Shown: piece by piece, positions 9,595 through 16,038 of the stretch | How positions within the stretch are numbered: position 1 is the stretch's first letter | How the letters are laid out: each line of letters opens with the position of its first letter | Assembly: GCF_003226535.1 (NCBI RefSeq) | Contig: NZ_QKOB01000006.1 | Span: 55,136 to 87,135, forward strand | Length of the DNA stretch: 32,000 nt | From: Meiothermus sp. Pnk-1 | GTDB lineage: Bacteria; Deinococcota; Deinococci; Deinococcales; Thermaceae | Direction: 5' to 3' | The notes under the pieces: model-generated | Database searches by the model: none | The model's input: only the letters and a program-made list of their open reading frames with translations | What the model was told of the DNA's origin: nothing | Program-made: the position numbers and the translations under genes

Positions 9595-10503
9595 TCACCT
9601 AACACACACAGCCCACGCCGCGCGTGCTAAACGATGCGCCACTGCAACCAGGGCTAGCTTTTTAGGCTTGCCCGAGTCCACAAGGCGGCGATACAAAGCA
9701 GCTTGTACGGAGTCGGTACGGGTCGCGGCTGTCGCTGCGAGGTAGTAGCTAGCGCGGAGCATGGGCGGGCCAATGCGGGAGATACGGGCGCTAGCGTCCA
9801 TCTCTCCAGATTGGTAGATGCGCGGAGTAAGCCCGGTGTAAGCCGCGTACGCCCTCGCCGAGTGGAAGCGCCGCAGATCGCCCGAGTAGGCCAAGAGCTT
9901 TAGCGCGAGGGTGGGGCCAATGCCCGGCAGGGTTTGCAGGGCTGAAACCCACGAAGCAGCTAGTGGATATGCCGCAACAATGGCTCGTGCCTCAGCGTAC
10001 AGGGCAGCGCGTAACGACTGAATCGAATCAGGCACAGACAACGCAAACTCATGCACATGTGGGTGGGCGTAGCGCCAAGCGTGCAAGCGGTTGAGAGAGG
10101 CTGTGCGCTGCGTGTTCAGACCCTCGGCAAATCTGACCAGGAGCGAGGCCAGGTACAACGCCTCAGGCAACGGCTCATAAGGTGTGAGATCGGCTCGATA
10201 TTGAGCCAGAAAGCGGGCGAGTAGGCGAGCGTCCGCCTTATCGGTCTTATTGCGGGTGAGGAGTGATCTAGCGTAAGCCCGAACCTGCAAAGGGTTGACA
10301 ACGTAAACTGCGAACCCGGCCCGGTGTAAGGCGTAGGCCAAAGGCCGATAGTAGACCCCGGTAGCCTCCATCAGGACAGCCGCATCAGCAGGCAATCGTG
10401 AAACTAGCGCAGCTATGCCGTCATACGTGTTTGGAAACTGTAGCAACTCATCTGCTATAGCTACGTCCAAGCGAGAGCGGGAGATGTCAACGCCAACAAA
10501 CAT
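9595..10503 (-). CDS. IS110-family transposase (DEDD RuvC-like domain plus C-terminal Tnp domain)
   Basis: 302 aa. MFVGVDIS (Asp), VLMEATGVYY (Glu), NKTDKADARLLA (Asp, Asp), C-terminal LPGIGPTLALKLL and YQSGE (conserved Ser). Confidence 0.9.
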   Translation of the reverse strand: MFVGVDISRSRLDVAIADELLQFPNTYDGIAALVSRLPADAAVLMEATGVYYRPLAYALHRAGFAVYVVNPLQVRAYARSLLTRNKTDKADARLLARFLAQYRADLTPYEPLPEALYLASLLVRFAEGLNTQRTASLNRLHAWRYAHPHVHEFALSVPDSIQSLRAALYAEARAIVAAYPLAASWVSALQTLPGIGPTLALKLLAYSGDLRRFHSARAYAAYTGLTPRIYQSGEMDASARISRIGPPMLRASYYLAATAATRTDSVQAALYRRLVDSGKPKKLALVAVAHRLARAAWAVCVR

Positions 10504-10554
10504 AAGTAGGGCGCGGGAGCCCTACGGCACTCTTACACGCGACCAAAAAGGCCA

Positions 10555-10563
10555 ACATCCTAA
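10555..10563. repeat. internal copy of the att core (ACATCCTAA)
   Basis: Exact 9-mer shared with 9560-9568. It starts 52 nt upstream of the transposase ATG. AGGCCAA precedes it and recurs at 10602-10608. Confidence 0.5.
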
Positions 10564-10606
10564 ACGCCCATAGGCTAGGCCACGCTATCGCACGACCACG
10601 CAGGCC

Positions 10607-10617
10607 AAGACTCTTGA
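10607..10617. repeat. 11-mer identical to the host flank next to asnS
   Basis: AAGACTCTTGA at 10607-10617 equals 16053-16063 exactly and is in the same orientation. Confidence 0.5.
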
Positions 10618-10642
10618 CGACCAAACCCGCGCCCAGCACAGA

Positions 10643-10873
10643 CTAACGCCTGTATCCCCTAGGACGCAACTTGGGTTGATAGGGGCAGGGGCCAGAATAG
10701 CGACAGATGCGCCGCCCCTCACGCAGAGCAGCCACCTCAAGGGTATTCAGAGGCTCACGGCAACGAGTACAGCGAACACGGGTATCAGGTTGCAGGGAGC
10801 GCCCAGGGCCAGCTAGAGAGCGAATCATCCAGCCTATCCAGAGGATCACCAGCAGGAGCAGGAGCAGGCTCAC
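10643..10873 (-). CDS. small membrane protein (pXI-like anchor?) with a Cys-rich tail, overlapping the zot 3' end in the +1 frame
   Basis: GTG-initiated 76-aa ORF. It has an N-terminal membrane span SLLLLLLVILWIGWMI followed by CxxC...Cx5C. It overlaps zot by 89 nt. No clear RBS. Confidence 0.4.
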   Translation of the reverse strand: MSLLLLLLVILWIGWMIRSLAGPGRSLQPDTRVRCTRCREPLNTLEVAALREGRRICRYSGPCPYQPKLRPRGYRR

Positions 10874-11714
10874 ACGGAGATTCTAACCGCTCACGCAGCA
10901 GATCATGCGGTTGTTTGCCCTCACGGTAGGCACTCGCTAGGTCGGAGATGGAGAGATGAGGCATCCCATCCCGAGGCCCCGGAGCATCACGACGGCCCCG
11001 GAGCTTGGATGCGTCCCAGGCTAGGCCCATCCGGTCAAAGATGGCCCGCTTTTTCGGGTCTAGCTCACGCTGGAGCCGGACTATAGGCGGCTCAAAAATC
11101 GCGTATGTGTCGTAACACGCCGCCGCCATCGGATCGAGGGCCACAACGTCATTACGCGCTACGCCCTCGAAGATGCCCTTGGCCTGACGTTGCATCATGC
11201 CGATGGACTCATCCATGATGGACGTGTAGCGCAGAAGTTTCCGCCCGCGCACCCAGGGATACGTAATCACGCGGAGCCAGAACGGAGCCGGACGCGCCCA
11301 GAAGACGAAGGCTACCAGATCGCGCACAATCGCATCCACCGAGCCGTAGCGCTGTGTAGCTAGCAGCACGTCCACGCCTGTCTTGCGATGCTGGCTCCAG
11401 AACGCGATGACCTCGACCGGGATTAGGTCAAACTGACGCGAGGGAAGCCACATATGGGCCTCGTCAAACAGTAGCAGGCCATCATGGACGTTGAGCAGTT
11501 CGTTATAGTCCCGTATCTCCCGGATACTATCAGCCCTCAGAACCGCTTCCCGATGATCCAACTTGGCGCGGAAACGAAGCCAGTAATAGACATTTTCCCT
11601 AATAAAGCCGAAATTGGCCCATACGGTACGCCCCCGAGCCAAGGCGTGAAGGCCGCGATGGACGAGCATGTAACTCTTTCCAGAGCCGGGAATGCCGATG
11701 TACGCCTCGATCAT
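10785..11714 (-). CDS. zot: Zot / pI-like inovirus assembly ATPase
   Basis: Walker A GIPGSGKS at the N-terminus, Walker B LLLFDEAH and QHRKTGVDVLLATQ (Zot-family pattern). ATGA overlap with the upstream gene. No membrane span in this frame. Confidence 0.85.
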   Translation of the reverse strand: MIEAYIGIPGSGKSYMLVHRGLHALARGRTVWANFGFIRENVYYWLRFRAKLDHREAVLRADSIREIRDYNELLNVHDGLLLFDEAHMWLPSRQFDLIPVEVIAFWSQHRKTGVDVLLATQRYGSVDAIVRDLVAFVFWARPAPFWLRVITYPWVRGRKLLRYTSIMDESIGMMQRQAKGIFEGVARNDVVALDPMAAACYDTYAIFEPPIVRLQRELDPKKRAIFDRMGLAWDASKLRGRRDAPGPRDGMPHLSISDLASAYREGKQPHDLLRERLESPCEPAPAPAGDPLDRLDDSLSSWPWALPAT

Positions 11715-12139
11715 CTACCCCCCCTGATAAAGGTGATGGCTCGCCAGAGTGCCATGAGCCCGTAAAATCCCGCCCAGGCCGAGCCGAGCGTAAGGGCCTC
11801 ACTGATCGGCAGTATTTGGTTAGCCGTGTTGAAGGCCCCTATAGCAGTAGAGGCCCAACCAGGCGGGTCGGGGGGCATAGCCGGGAGCAGGCCAACTAGG
11901 ATACTGAGGAAGCCAGTAACCAGCTTGACCACGCCCGCGATAAGCCAGCCGATGAGCCCTAGGCCCCATTCCAACAACTGATGCAGGAGCCCTAGACCCC
12001 AGTTCAAGACGGCAAGGACAAGCCCCCAGACCCAGCCCCAGACCGTTTGAACGATGCCAACGAACCAGCCCGTCAGGGCGGAGAACGTGCCCTGGAACCA
12101 ATCGAGGATTGAGCGGAGTGCGTTTAGGATTATCTGCAT
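11711..12139 (-). CDS. pVI-like polytopic minor coat/assembly protein
   Basis: 142 aa, Trp/Gly/Leu-rich with several membrane spans. It lies immediately upstream of zot and is coupled to it, the position held by gene VI or DUF2523-type genes in inoviruses. Confidence 0.6.
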   Translation of the reverse strand: MQIILNALRSILDWFQGTFSALTGWFVGIVQTVWGWVWGLVLAVLNWGLGLLHQLLEWGLGLIGWLIAGVVKLVTGFLSILVGLLPAMPPDPPGWASTAIGAFNTANQILPISEALTLGSAWAGFYGLMALWRAITFIRGGR

Positions 12140-12152
12140 ATCTCCCCCCTAC

Positions 12153-12357
12153 TCACATGCTCATTCGCCCGCTGCGCGAGAGTGTACGGTGAGGCCCCGG
12201 CCTACGCGCAAGGGTCCGCTTCGCCGCGCCCGCATGTCCAAACCCCGGCTTCCTGCGTGCAGTAAACGTGCGTGATGTGGTGCAGCGTGCGCGCCCTTGC
12301 GCTACGGCCACCCCACCGGATAAGGATTGTTGCAGCGGGCGAAAAAATAGCATGTGA
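12153..12357. repeat. long imperfect inverted repeat filling the pIII-like / pVI-like intergenic region
   Basis: TCACATGCT (12153-61) pairs with AGCATGTGA (12349-57). TCGCCCGCTGC (12165-75) pairs with GCAGCGGGCGA (12332-42). GCGCAAGGG (12206-14) pairs with CCCTTGCGC (12294-302). The arm spacings are similar. Confidence 0.6.
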
Positions 12358-13812
12358 TTAGCGCTGTACATCCAACCCCCGGCGCACGATGGTAAATCCG
12401 AACGTCAGCAAGAGCCCGCCCAGCATGAAGGGGCGTAGTTGCGTTGCGGCTTGCCAGACGGGATTGCCGCAGATGTTGACGGTAGCCGACCACTGACCGA
12501 TTGTTAGCTGAGGAGCCGGACAGCCCCCGCTATCGCTGGTGGACGGAGTACGGAGCCAGCGCACGACACCAAACGGAAACTTGTCCATAGCTTGCTGCTT
12601 GAGTTGCTCTATGGACTCTCGCATAGACTGCATAGCCTGATCCCACGGCGTTTGCTGTAGCTGCGGAGCCTGGAACTGAGGCAATGTGGGATCATTGGGC
12701 TTTTGCAGACCCGGCAGGGAAGGAGTGCCCGGAGGCCCCGGCCACGTCAGATCATCCTTAGGTTGCTCATTCGTACACTTCGAGGCTGGATCACGCGGAT
12801 CCGAGCCGCAGCGTAACTCTTGATCATCCGGAAAGCCGTCCCCGTCGGAATCCGTGCCGGGATCTTTCCCAGGCTTAGAGTTAGGATCATAAGGATCCGT
12901 CCCCGCCTGCTTTTCCTCCTGATTCGTGTATCCGTCCCCGTCGTCGTCCCGATTCGGATCAGGATGGGAGTTAGGATCATTGATCCCGTCAGGCCAAGGG
13001 CGCTGTTTCTCCATCCAGTCAGGCCAGCCGTCGCCGTCGGTATCCACTGACTTATCGGTATACGGATTATCCGTCCATTGATTCGGATTAGGCACAGGAT
13101 CGAGGCGCACCCCAGGATAGGGATTAGACGGAGAGCCGGGCGGCGTGTCCTGAATGTAGCGAGCGACAGCCGCTTTGACTCCCTCAGCCGCGTCGGGATG
13201 CGACTGCAAAAACTCCGGGAGCGTCTCTGGCGGATGCTTAGGCATCGTTGACTTTTCGACGCGCTCGACTCCATCAGGATAATGCAGCTTAGCGTTGCGT
13301 TGCCACTCGTAGCGATAGCCATATTGGGACTTCAGATACTGCTCGCACTGCAACAAGAGTTGCTCCTGAGTCCCGCCGGGGCCGCGAAACGAATGAGTAT
13401 AGGGCGGATCAGTGGAGCGCACGTAAGGGGTTGCCCCCAGAACAGAACAGCGAACCTCGCCCATTTGCCAATCATAATCAGGAGGGATGTACTGAACTCC
13501 GACTATGACGGCTTCCCAGTCATAGAGTAAATGTGACGCCCACGCGTCCAACGACGTCCCAGTTTGCTGCTTGAGGGACTCGTAAAAATAGTTAAGGGCT
13601 GTATAAATAAGCGTAGATCCTAGGATTATTGCGCCGCCCCAGCGCACATAGCGCCCGAACGTTGCCTGTTTAGCGAACTGATTGTTACTCCACTGCAAAA
13701 TCTCGTTATACGTCATCCCCTGCACAGTAGTCCTAACAACATCCTGCACAGGAGCCGCGAACGAAAAGGCCCCGGCGACCAGGGCCAGGGCCAAGAATCG
13801 CCGGAGCCGCAT
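12358..13812 (-). CDS. pIII-like adsorption/minor coat protein with thrombospondin type-3 (Ca-binding) repeats
   Basis: The start is moved to ATG 13812, giving signal peptide MRLRRFLALALVAGAFSFA. Three DxDxDGxxDxxE repeats are present (DTDGDGWPDWME, DDDGDGYTNQEE, DSDGDGFPDDQE). A C-terminal hydrophobic anchor (FMLGGLLLTFGFTIV) is followed by RRG. It sits directly after the coat gene. Confidence 0.65.
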   Translation of the reverse strand: MRLRRFLALALVAGAFSFAAPVQDVVRTTVQGMTYNEILQWSNNQFAKQATFGRYVRWGGAIILGSTLIYTALNYFYESLKQQTGTSLDAWASHLLYDWEAVIVGVQYIPPDYDWQMGEVRCSVLGATPYVRSTDPPYTHSFRGPGGTQEQLLLQCEQYLKSQYGYRYEWQRNAKLHYPDGVERVEKSTMPKHPPETLPEFLQSHPDAAEGVKAAVARYIQDTPPGSPSNPYPGVRLDPVPNPNQWTDNPYTDKSVDTDGDGWPDWMEKQRPWPDGINDPNSHPDPNRDDDGDGYTNQEEKQAGTDPYDPNSKPGKDPGTDSDGDGFPDDQELRCGSDPRDPASKCTNEQPKDDLTWPGPPGTPSLPGLQKPNDPTLPQFQAPQLQQTPWDQAMQSMRESIEQLKQQAMDKFPFGVVRWLRTPSTSDSGGCPAPQLTIGQWSATVNICGNPVWQAATQLRPFMLGGLLLTFGFTIVRRGLDVQR

Positions 13813-13826
13813 AGAAGCCCCCCGGA

Positions 13827-14048
13827 TTAGCCCTTGAGGAACTTCTTGGCGTAGCGCCAAGCCGCGCTGAGGCCGATAGTGAGCGCGAGCACGCCCACGC
13901 CAGCAGCAGCGATGCCGCCGATGTAGGTCATGACGCCCGTAGCGACCTGCCCAGCATTGAAGCTGGCATCTTCAGCAAACGCCCCAGCTAGCACGAGAGG
14001 AGCAGCCAAGGCAACCGAACGACCGACAAACACGCGCAGTTTCTCCAT
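13827..14048 (-). CDS. inovirus major coat protein (pVIII-like)
   Basis: 73 aa. Signal peptide ...LVLAGAFA | EDASFNAGQ, then an acidic mature N-terminus, a hydrophobic core and a basic C-terminus (RYAKKFLKG). GGAGGTG RBS. Confidence 0.8.
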   Translation of the reverse strand: MEKLRVFVGRSVALAAPLVLAGAFAEDASFNAGQVATGVMTYIGGIAAAGVGVLALTIGLSAAWRYAKKFLKG

Positions 14049-14080
14049 AGAACACCTCCATTGCCCACGGGCGATGCCCG

Positions 14081-14182
14081 TTAGAGCCTACGTAACACGG
14101 AGCGCAGGACCGAGGCCACCAGGCCAGCCCCTAGCCCCCACCAGAAGGCCTCAGCGATAAAGCGCCAGTCACCCGCAGTCAT
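14081..14182 (-). CDS. 33-aa hydrophobic peptide (pVII/pIX-like minor coat candidate; absent from the ORF track)
   Basis: MTAGDWRFIAEAFWWGLGAGLVASVLRSVLRRL. ATGA overlap with the upstream mini-ORF. Confidence 0.5.
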   Translation of the reverse strand: MTAGDWRFIAEAFWWGLGAGLVASVLRSVLRRL

Positions 14183-14283
14183 ACACGCCTAAACAGATTG
14201 CCGCCGTAGCGATACGCGGCTAAAAACGCGTAGGGAGCCGTGACCAACGCGAGAACCTTGAGGAACCAATCGAAAGGCTCCAT
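14179..14283 (-). CDS. 34-aa hydrophobic peptide (pVII/pIX-like minor coat candidate; absent from the ORF track)
   Basis: MEPFDWFLKVLALVTAPYAFLAAYRYGGNLFRRV. TAATG overlap with the upstream mini-ORF. Confidence 0.5.
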   Translation of the reverse strand: MEPFDWFLKVLALVTAPYAFLAAYRYGGNLFRRV

Positions 14284-14375
14284 TAGAAATCCCCCGCGAG
14301 AAGTCCCGCAATCATGCCGAGTCCGAAGGCCCAGACCTTGAAGCACTCGATCATGAAGACGGGATCAAGGGTCAT
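14283..14375 (-). CDS. 30-aa hydrophobic peptide (pVII/pIX-like minor coat candidate; absent from the ORF track)
   Basis: MTLDPVFMIECFKVWAFGLGMIAGLLAGDF. TAATG overlap with the stop of the 96-aa ORF. Confidence 0.5.
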   Translation of the reverse strand: MTLDPVFMIECFKVWAFGLGMIAGLLAGDF

Positions 14376-14665
14376 TAGGCTTTCTCCTTTACCGGAGCAA
14401 GTGGAGCCACAAACCGTGCCACCGTGACGAATTGTCGCGCGCTGTTTTTCTCGCGGAACCCATCCCTGACGCGCAAATCAATTTGCAGGTCATAGAGGCC
14501 CGGAAACGTGGGCATAGTCGCCACTACATCAGGATCCGCGTCAAGTTCAAGCACGTTCATCCCGCGGAACTCCGCATCCGTGGGCGTAGTGGCTACTAAA
14601 ACCTTGCCAAACCTGCGCCCATCCTTAGCCGTCCTAGCGCTTGCTCCAAGTACCATTAGGGTCAT
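14375..14665 (-). CDS. putative ssDNA-binding protein (gene V-like), assigned by position and size only
   Basis: 96-aa ORF with an AGGAGGA RBS, directly downstream of rep as in Ff phages. No motif recognised. Confidence 0.35.
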   Translation of the reverse strand: MTLMVLGASARTAKDGRRFGKVLVATTPTDAEFRGMNVLELDADPDVVATMPTFPGLYDLQIDLRVRDGFREKNSARQFVTVARFVAPLAPVKEKA

Positions 14666-14710
14666 ATATCCTCCTATATCGCGTTAGAAGTGCCGATAGG
14701 CACGCGATAC

Positions 14711-15394
14711 CTACACAACAGCCCCCGCGTAGCGATGGAACGCCCGAGAGTAGGACTCCCGGAACCGCGCCTTATCCAGTACCGGCAAATCCTCGGGAGC
14801 CAAACCGACTAAATAGCGAACACGCCGGAGCCACGCCAGGAGCACAGACGGTGTAGGGGCGTGATGATGCAGGCCGAGCGACGCAGCAGCGGAAACGATG
14901 CAACCGATGGCCTGAGTCAACAACTGAGGAACACTAGCCAACGGCGAGCGAGCACAACGGACTACCTGAGCAGTCCCCGAGGAGTCGGGAGCGTCAAAGG
15001 CAGACAACACAAGTCGCCAGAGAGGATCAAACGGACGATTGCGGATTGTTTGAGTGTCCGAATCCTCACGCAGAGAGAGCCAAGAGCCCGCCAAATAGCG
15101 CCAGATAGCCGGGAGATGTTCCGCGAGGGTGTACCAGTTGCGCAGATCGCCCGCCCCTACATCCATAGTTGACAGAGCATCCGCCCTAATCTGGAACTCG
15201 ACGCGGATCACGTGCCCGCTGGGGTTGCCGTAGCCCGCAAGAGTGAGCTTAGCGCCGTAATCCGTGCGCGCCTGTATCGTCTTCGAGTAGATACGTGCTA
15301 GCAAATCGCCGGAGCCGAAACGAAACCCGGACCAGTTAGGCCCCCGGTAGTGAACCTCAACAGGGTGTACCTCATAGGCGGGTACCTCGTGCAT
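14711..15394 (-). CDS. rolling-circle replication initiator (Rep_trans-like), C-terminal part of a split gene
   Basis: Contains GDLLARIYSKT, resembling the catalytic-Tyr R-I-Y-x-K motif of pT181 RepC / RstA-type initiators. Deleting one 11-bp repeat copy joins it to 15298-16038. Confidence 0.6.
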   Translation of the reverse strand: MHEVPAYEVHPVEVHYRGPNWSGFRFGSGDLLARIYSKTIQARTDYGAKLTLAGYGNPSGHVIRVEFQIRADALSTMDVGAGDLRNWYTLAEHLPAIWRYLAGSWLSLREDSDTQTIRNRPFDPLWRLVLSAFDAPDSSGTAQVVRCARSPLASVPQLLTQAIGCIVSAAASLGLHHHAPTPSVLLAWLRRVRYLVGLAPEDLPVLDKARFRESYSRAFHRYAGAVV

Positions 15395-16038
15395 AGCGAC
15401 CCCCGTGTTACCCCCGTGTTACCCGTAAGGGGGTCGCCGTGGCTGCCCCCACGGCTGGCCGCTGGCGCGCCCAGCGCGTGGGAGCCATCCAGGTAGACCG
15501 ACCGCGAGCGAGCCCGCGAAACGAAACGCCCTAGGTCATCCAGGCTGAGGGGTGTATCCACCTCGACATCCGCAAACAAGTCAATACGCGACACTTGGAC
15601 GCGCTCAGGCTCAACTCCGACAAGATAGCTGAGGGTATCGGAAAACATAGCAACCACAGCCATAGGGTCACGGGCGCAAGCCGCCATGTATCGACCCGAT
15701 ACTTCCACGTAGGCGTGTACCTGTCCGGGTTTACAGGTAGTGGGCCGAGGCTGAGTGAGGGAGATCGAGAACATGCCCCCTTGAAACATCAACATCCAGC
15801 GGAACTTTCGCCCAGGCCGTACCTGTGCCACCTCGTAGGCGCAGCGCTCGTCATCATCCCCTAGAGGATTCCAAAGCCACATGTAATCGTGAATCCCGAG
15901 AAAGTGAGCATCCCCCTCTTCCCGGTACTCGTCTAGCGCCGCATCCAATCGCGCGGTGAAGTCCTCGGGAAGGCGGTAGTTTTGGCCCCAGGAAAGCCAG
16001 AAGATAAAGGTGTCTGTTCCGCTGGCTAATAGCTTCAT
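15298..16038 (-). CDS. rolling-circle replication initiator (Rep_trans-like), N-terminal part of a split gene
   Basis: Contains VSRIDLFADVEV (R-x-D-L-A-x-D-type motif). After the 11-bp duplication the frame runs on for about 40 out-of-frame codons. Confidence 0.6.
   Translation of the reverse strand: MKLLASGTDTFIFWLSWGQNYRLPEDFTARLDAALDEYREEGDAHFLGIHDYMWLWNPLGDDDERCAYEVAQVRPGRKFRWMLMFQGGMFSISLTQPRPTTCKPGQVHAYVEVSGRYMAACARDPMAVVAMFSDTLSYLVGVEPERVQVSRIDLFADVEVDTPLSLDDLGRFVSRARSRSVYLDGSHALGAPAASRGGSHGDPLTGNTGVTRGSLCTRYPPMRYTLLRFTTGGLTGPGFVSAPAIC
15400..15421. repeat. perfect 11-bp tandem duplication (CCCCCGTGTTA x2) inside rep
   Basis: Read directly at 15400-15410 and 15411-15421. It lies in the loop of the hairpin GCGACCCCC (15396-404) / GGGGGTCGC (15429-437). 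Confidence 0.9.

Noticed and set aside
10846-10865. Short tandem hexamer (CCTGCT)x3, and the repetitive Asp/Pro-coding DNA at 12775-13083, considered as CRISPR or VNTR-type repeats.
   Set aside because: There is no repeat-spacer periodicity. Both are coding low-complexity or protein repeats; the hexamer encodes PAPAPA in the zot frame and LLLLLL in the +1 frame.
12153-12493. Minus-strand ORFs 12153-12371 and 12302-12493 in or near the phage intergenic region.
   Set aside because: They run through the long inverted repeat and overlap the 3' end of the pIII-like gene out of frame. Their products are Arg/Ala-rich with no start context.
14677-14709. Hairpin between the rep stop and the gVp-like RBS (TATCGC...GTGCC-GATA-GGCAC-GCGATA) as a terminator or origin.
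   Set aside because: It is real in the sequence, but it is short, lacks a U-tract, and I have no way to distinguish attenuator, RNA stability element or chance. It is recorded here rather than as a finding.
11484-15864. Plus-strand ORFs inside the prophage (11484-11765, 12054-12275, 13282-13530, 14641-14856, 14861-15172, 15595-15864) as candidate repressor or immunity genes.
   Set aside because: All are antisense to better-supported minus-strand genes. None has a recognisable RBS or HTH-like sequence, and their composition looks non-coding.
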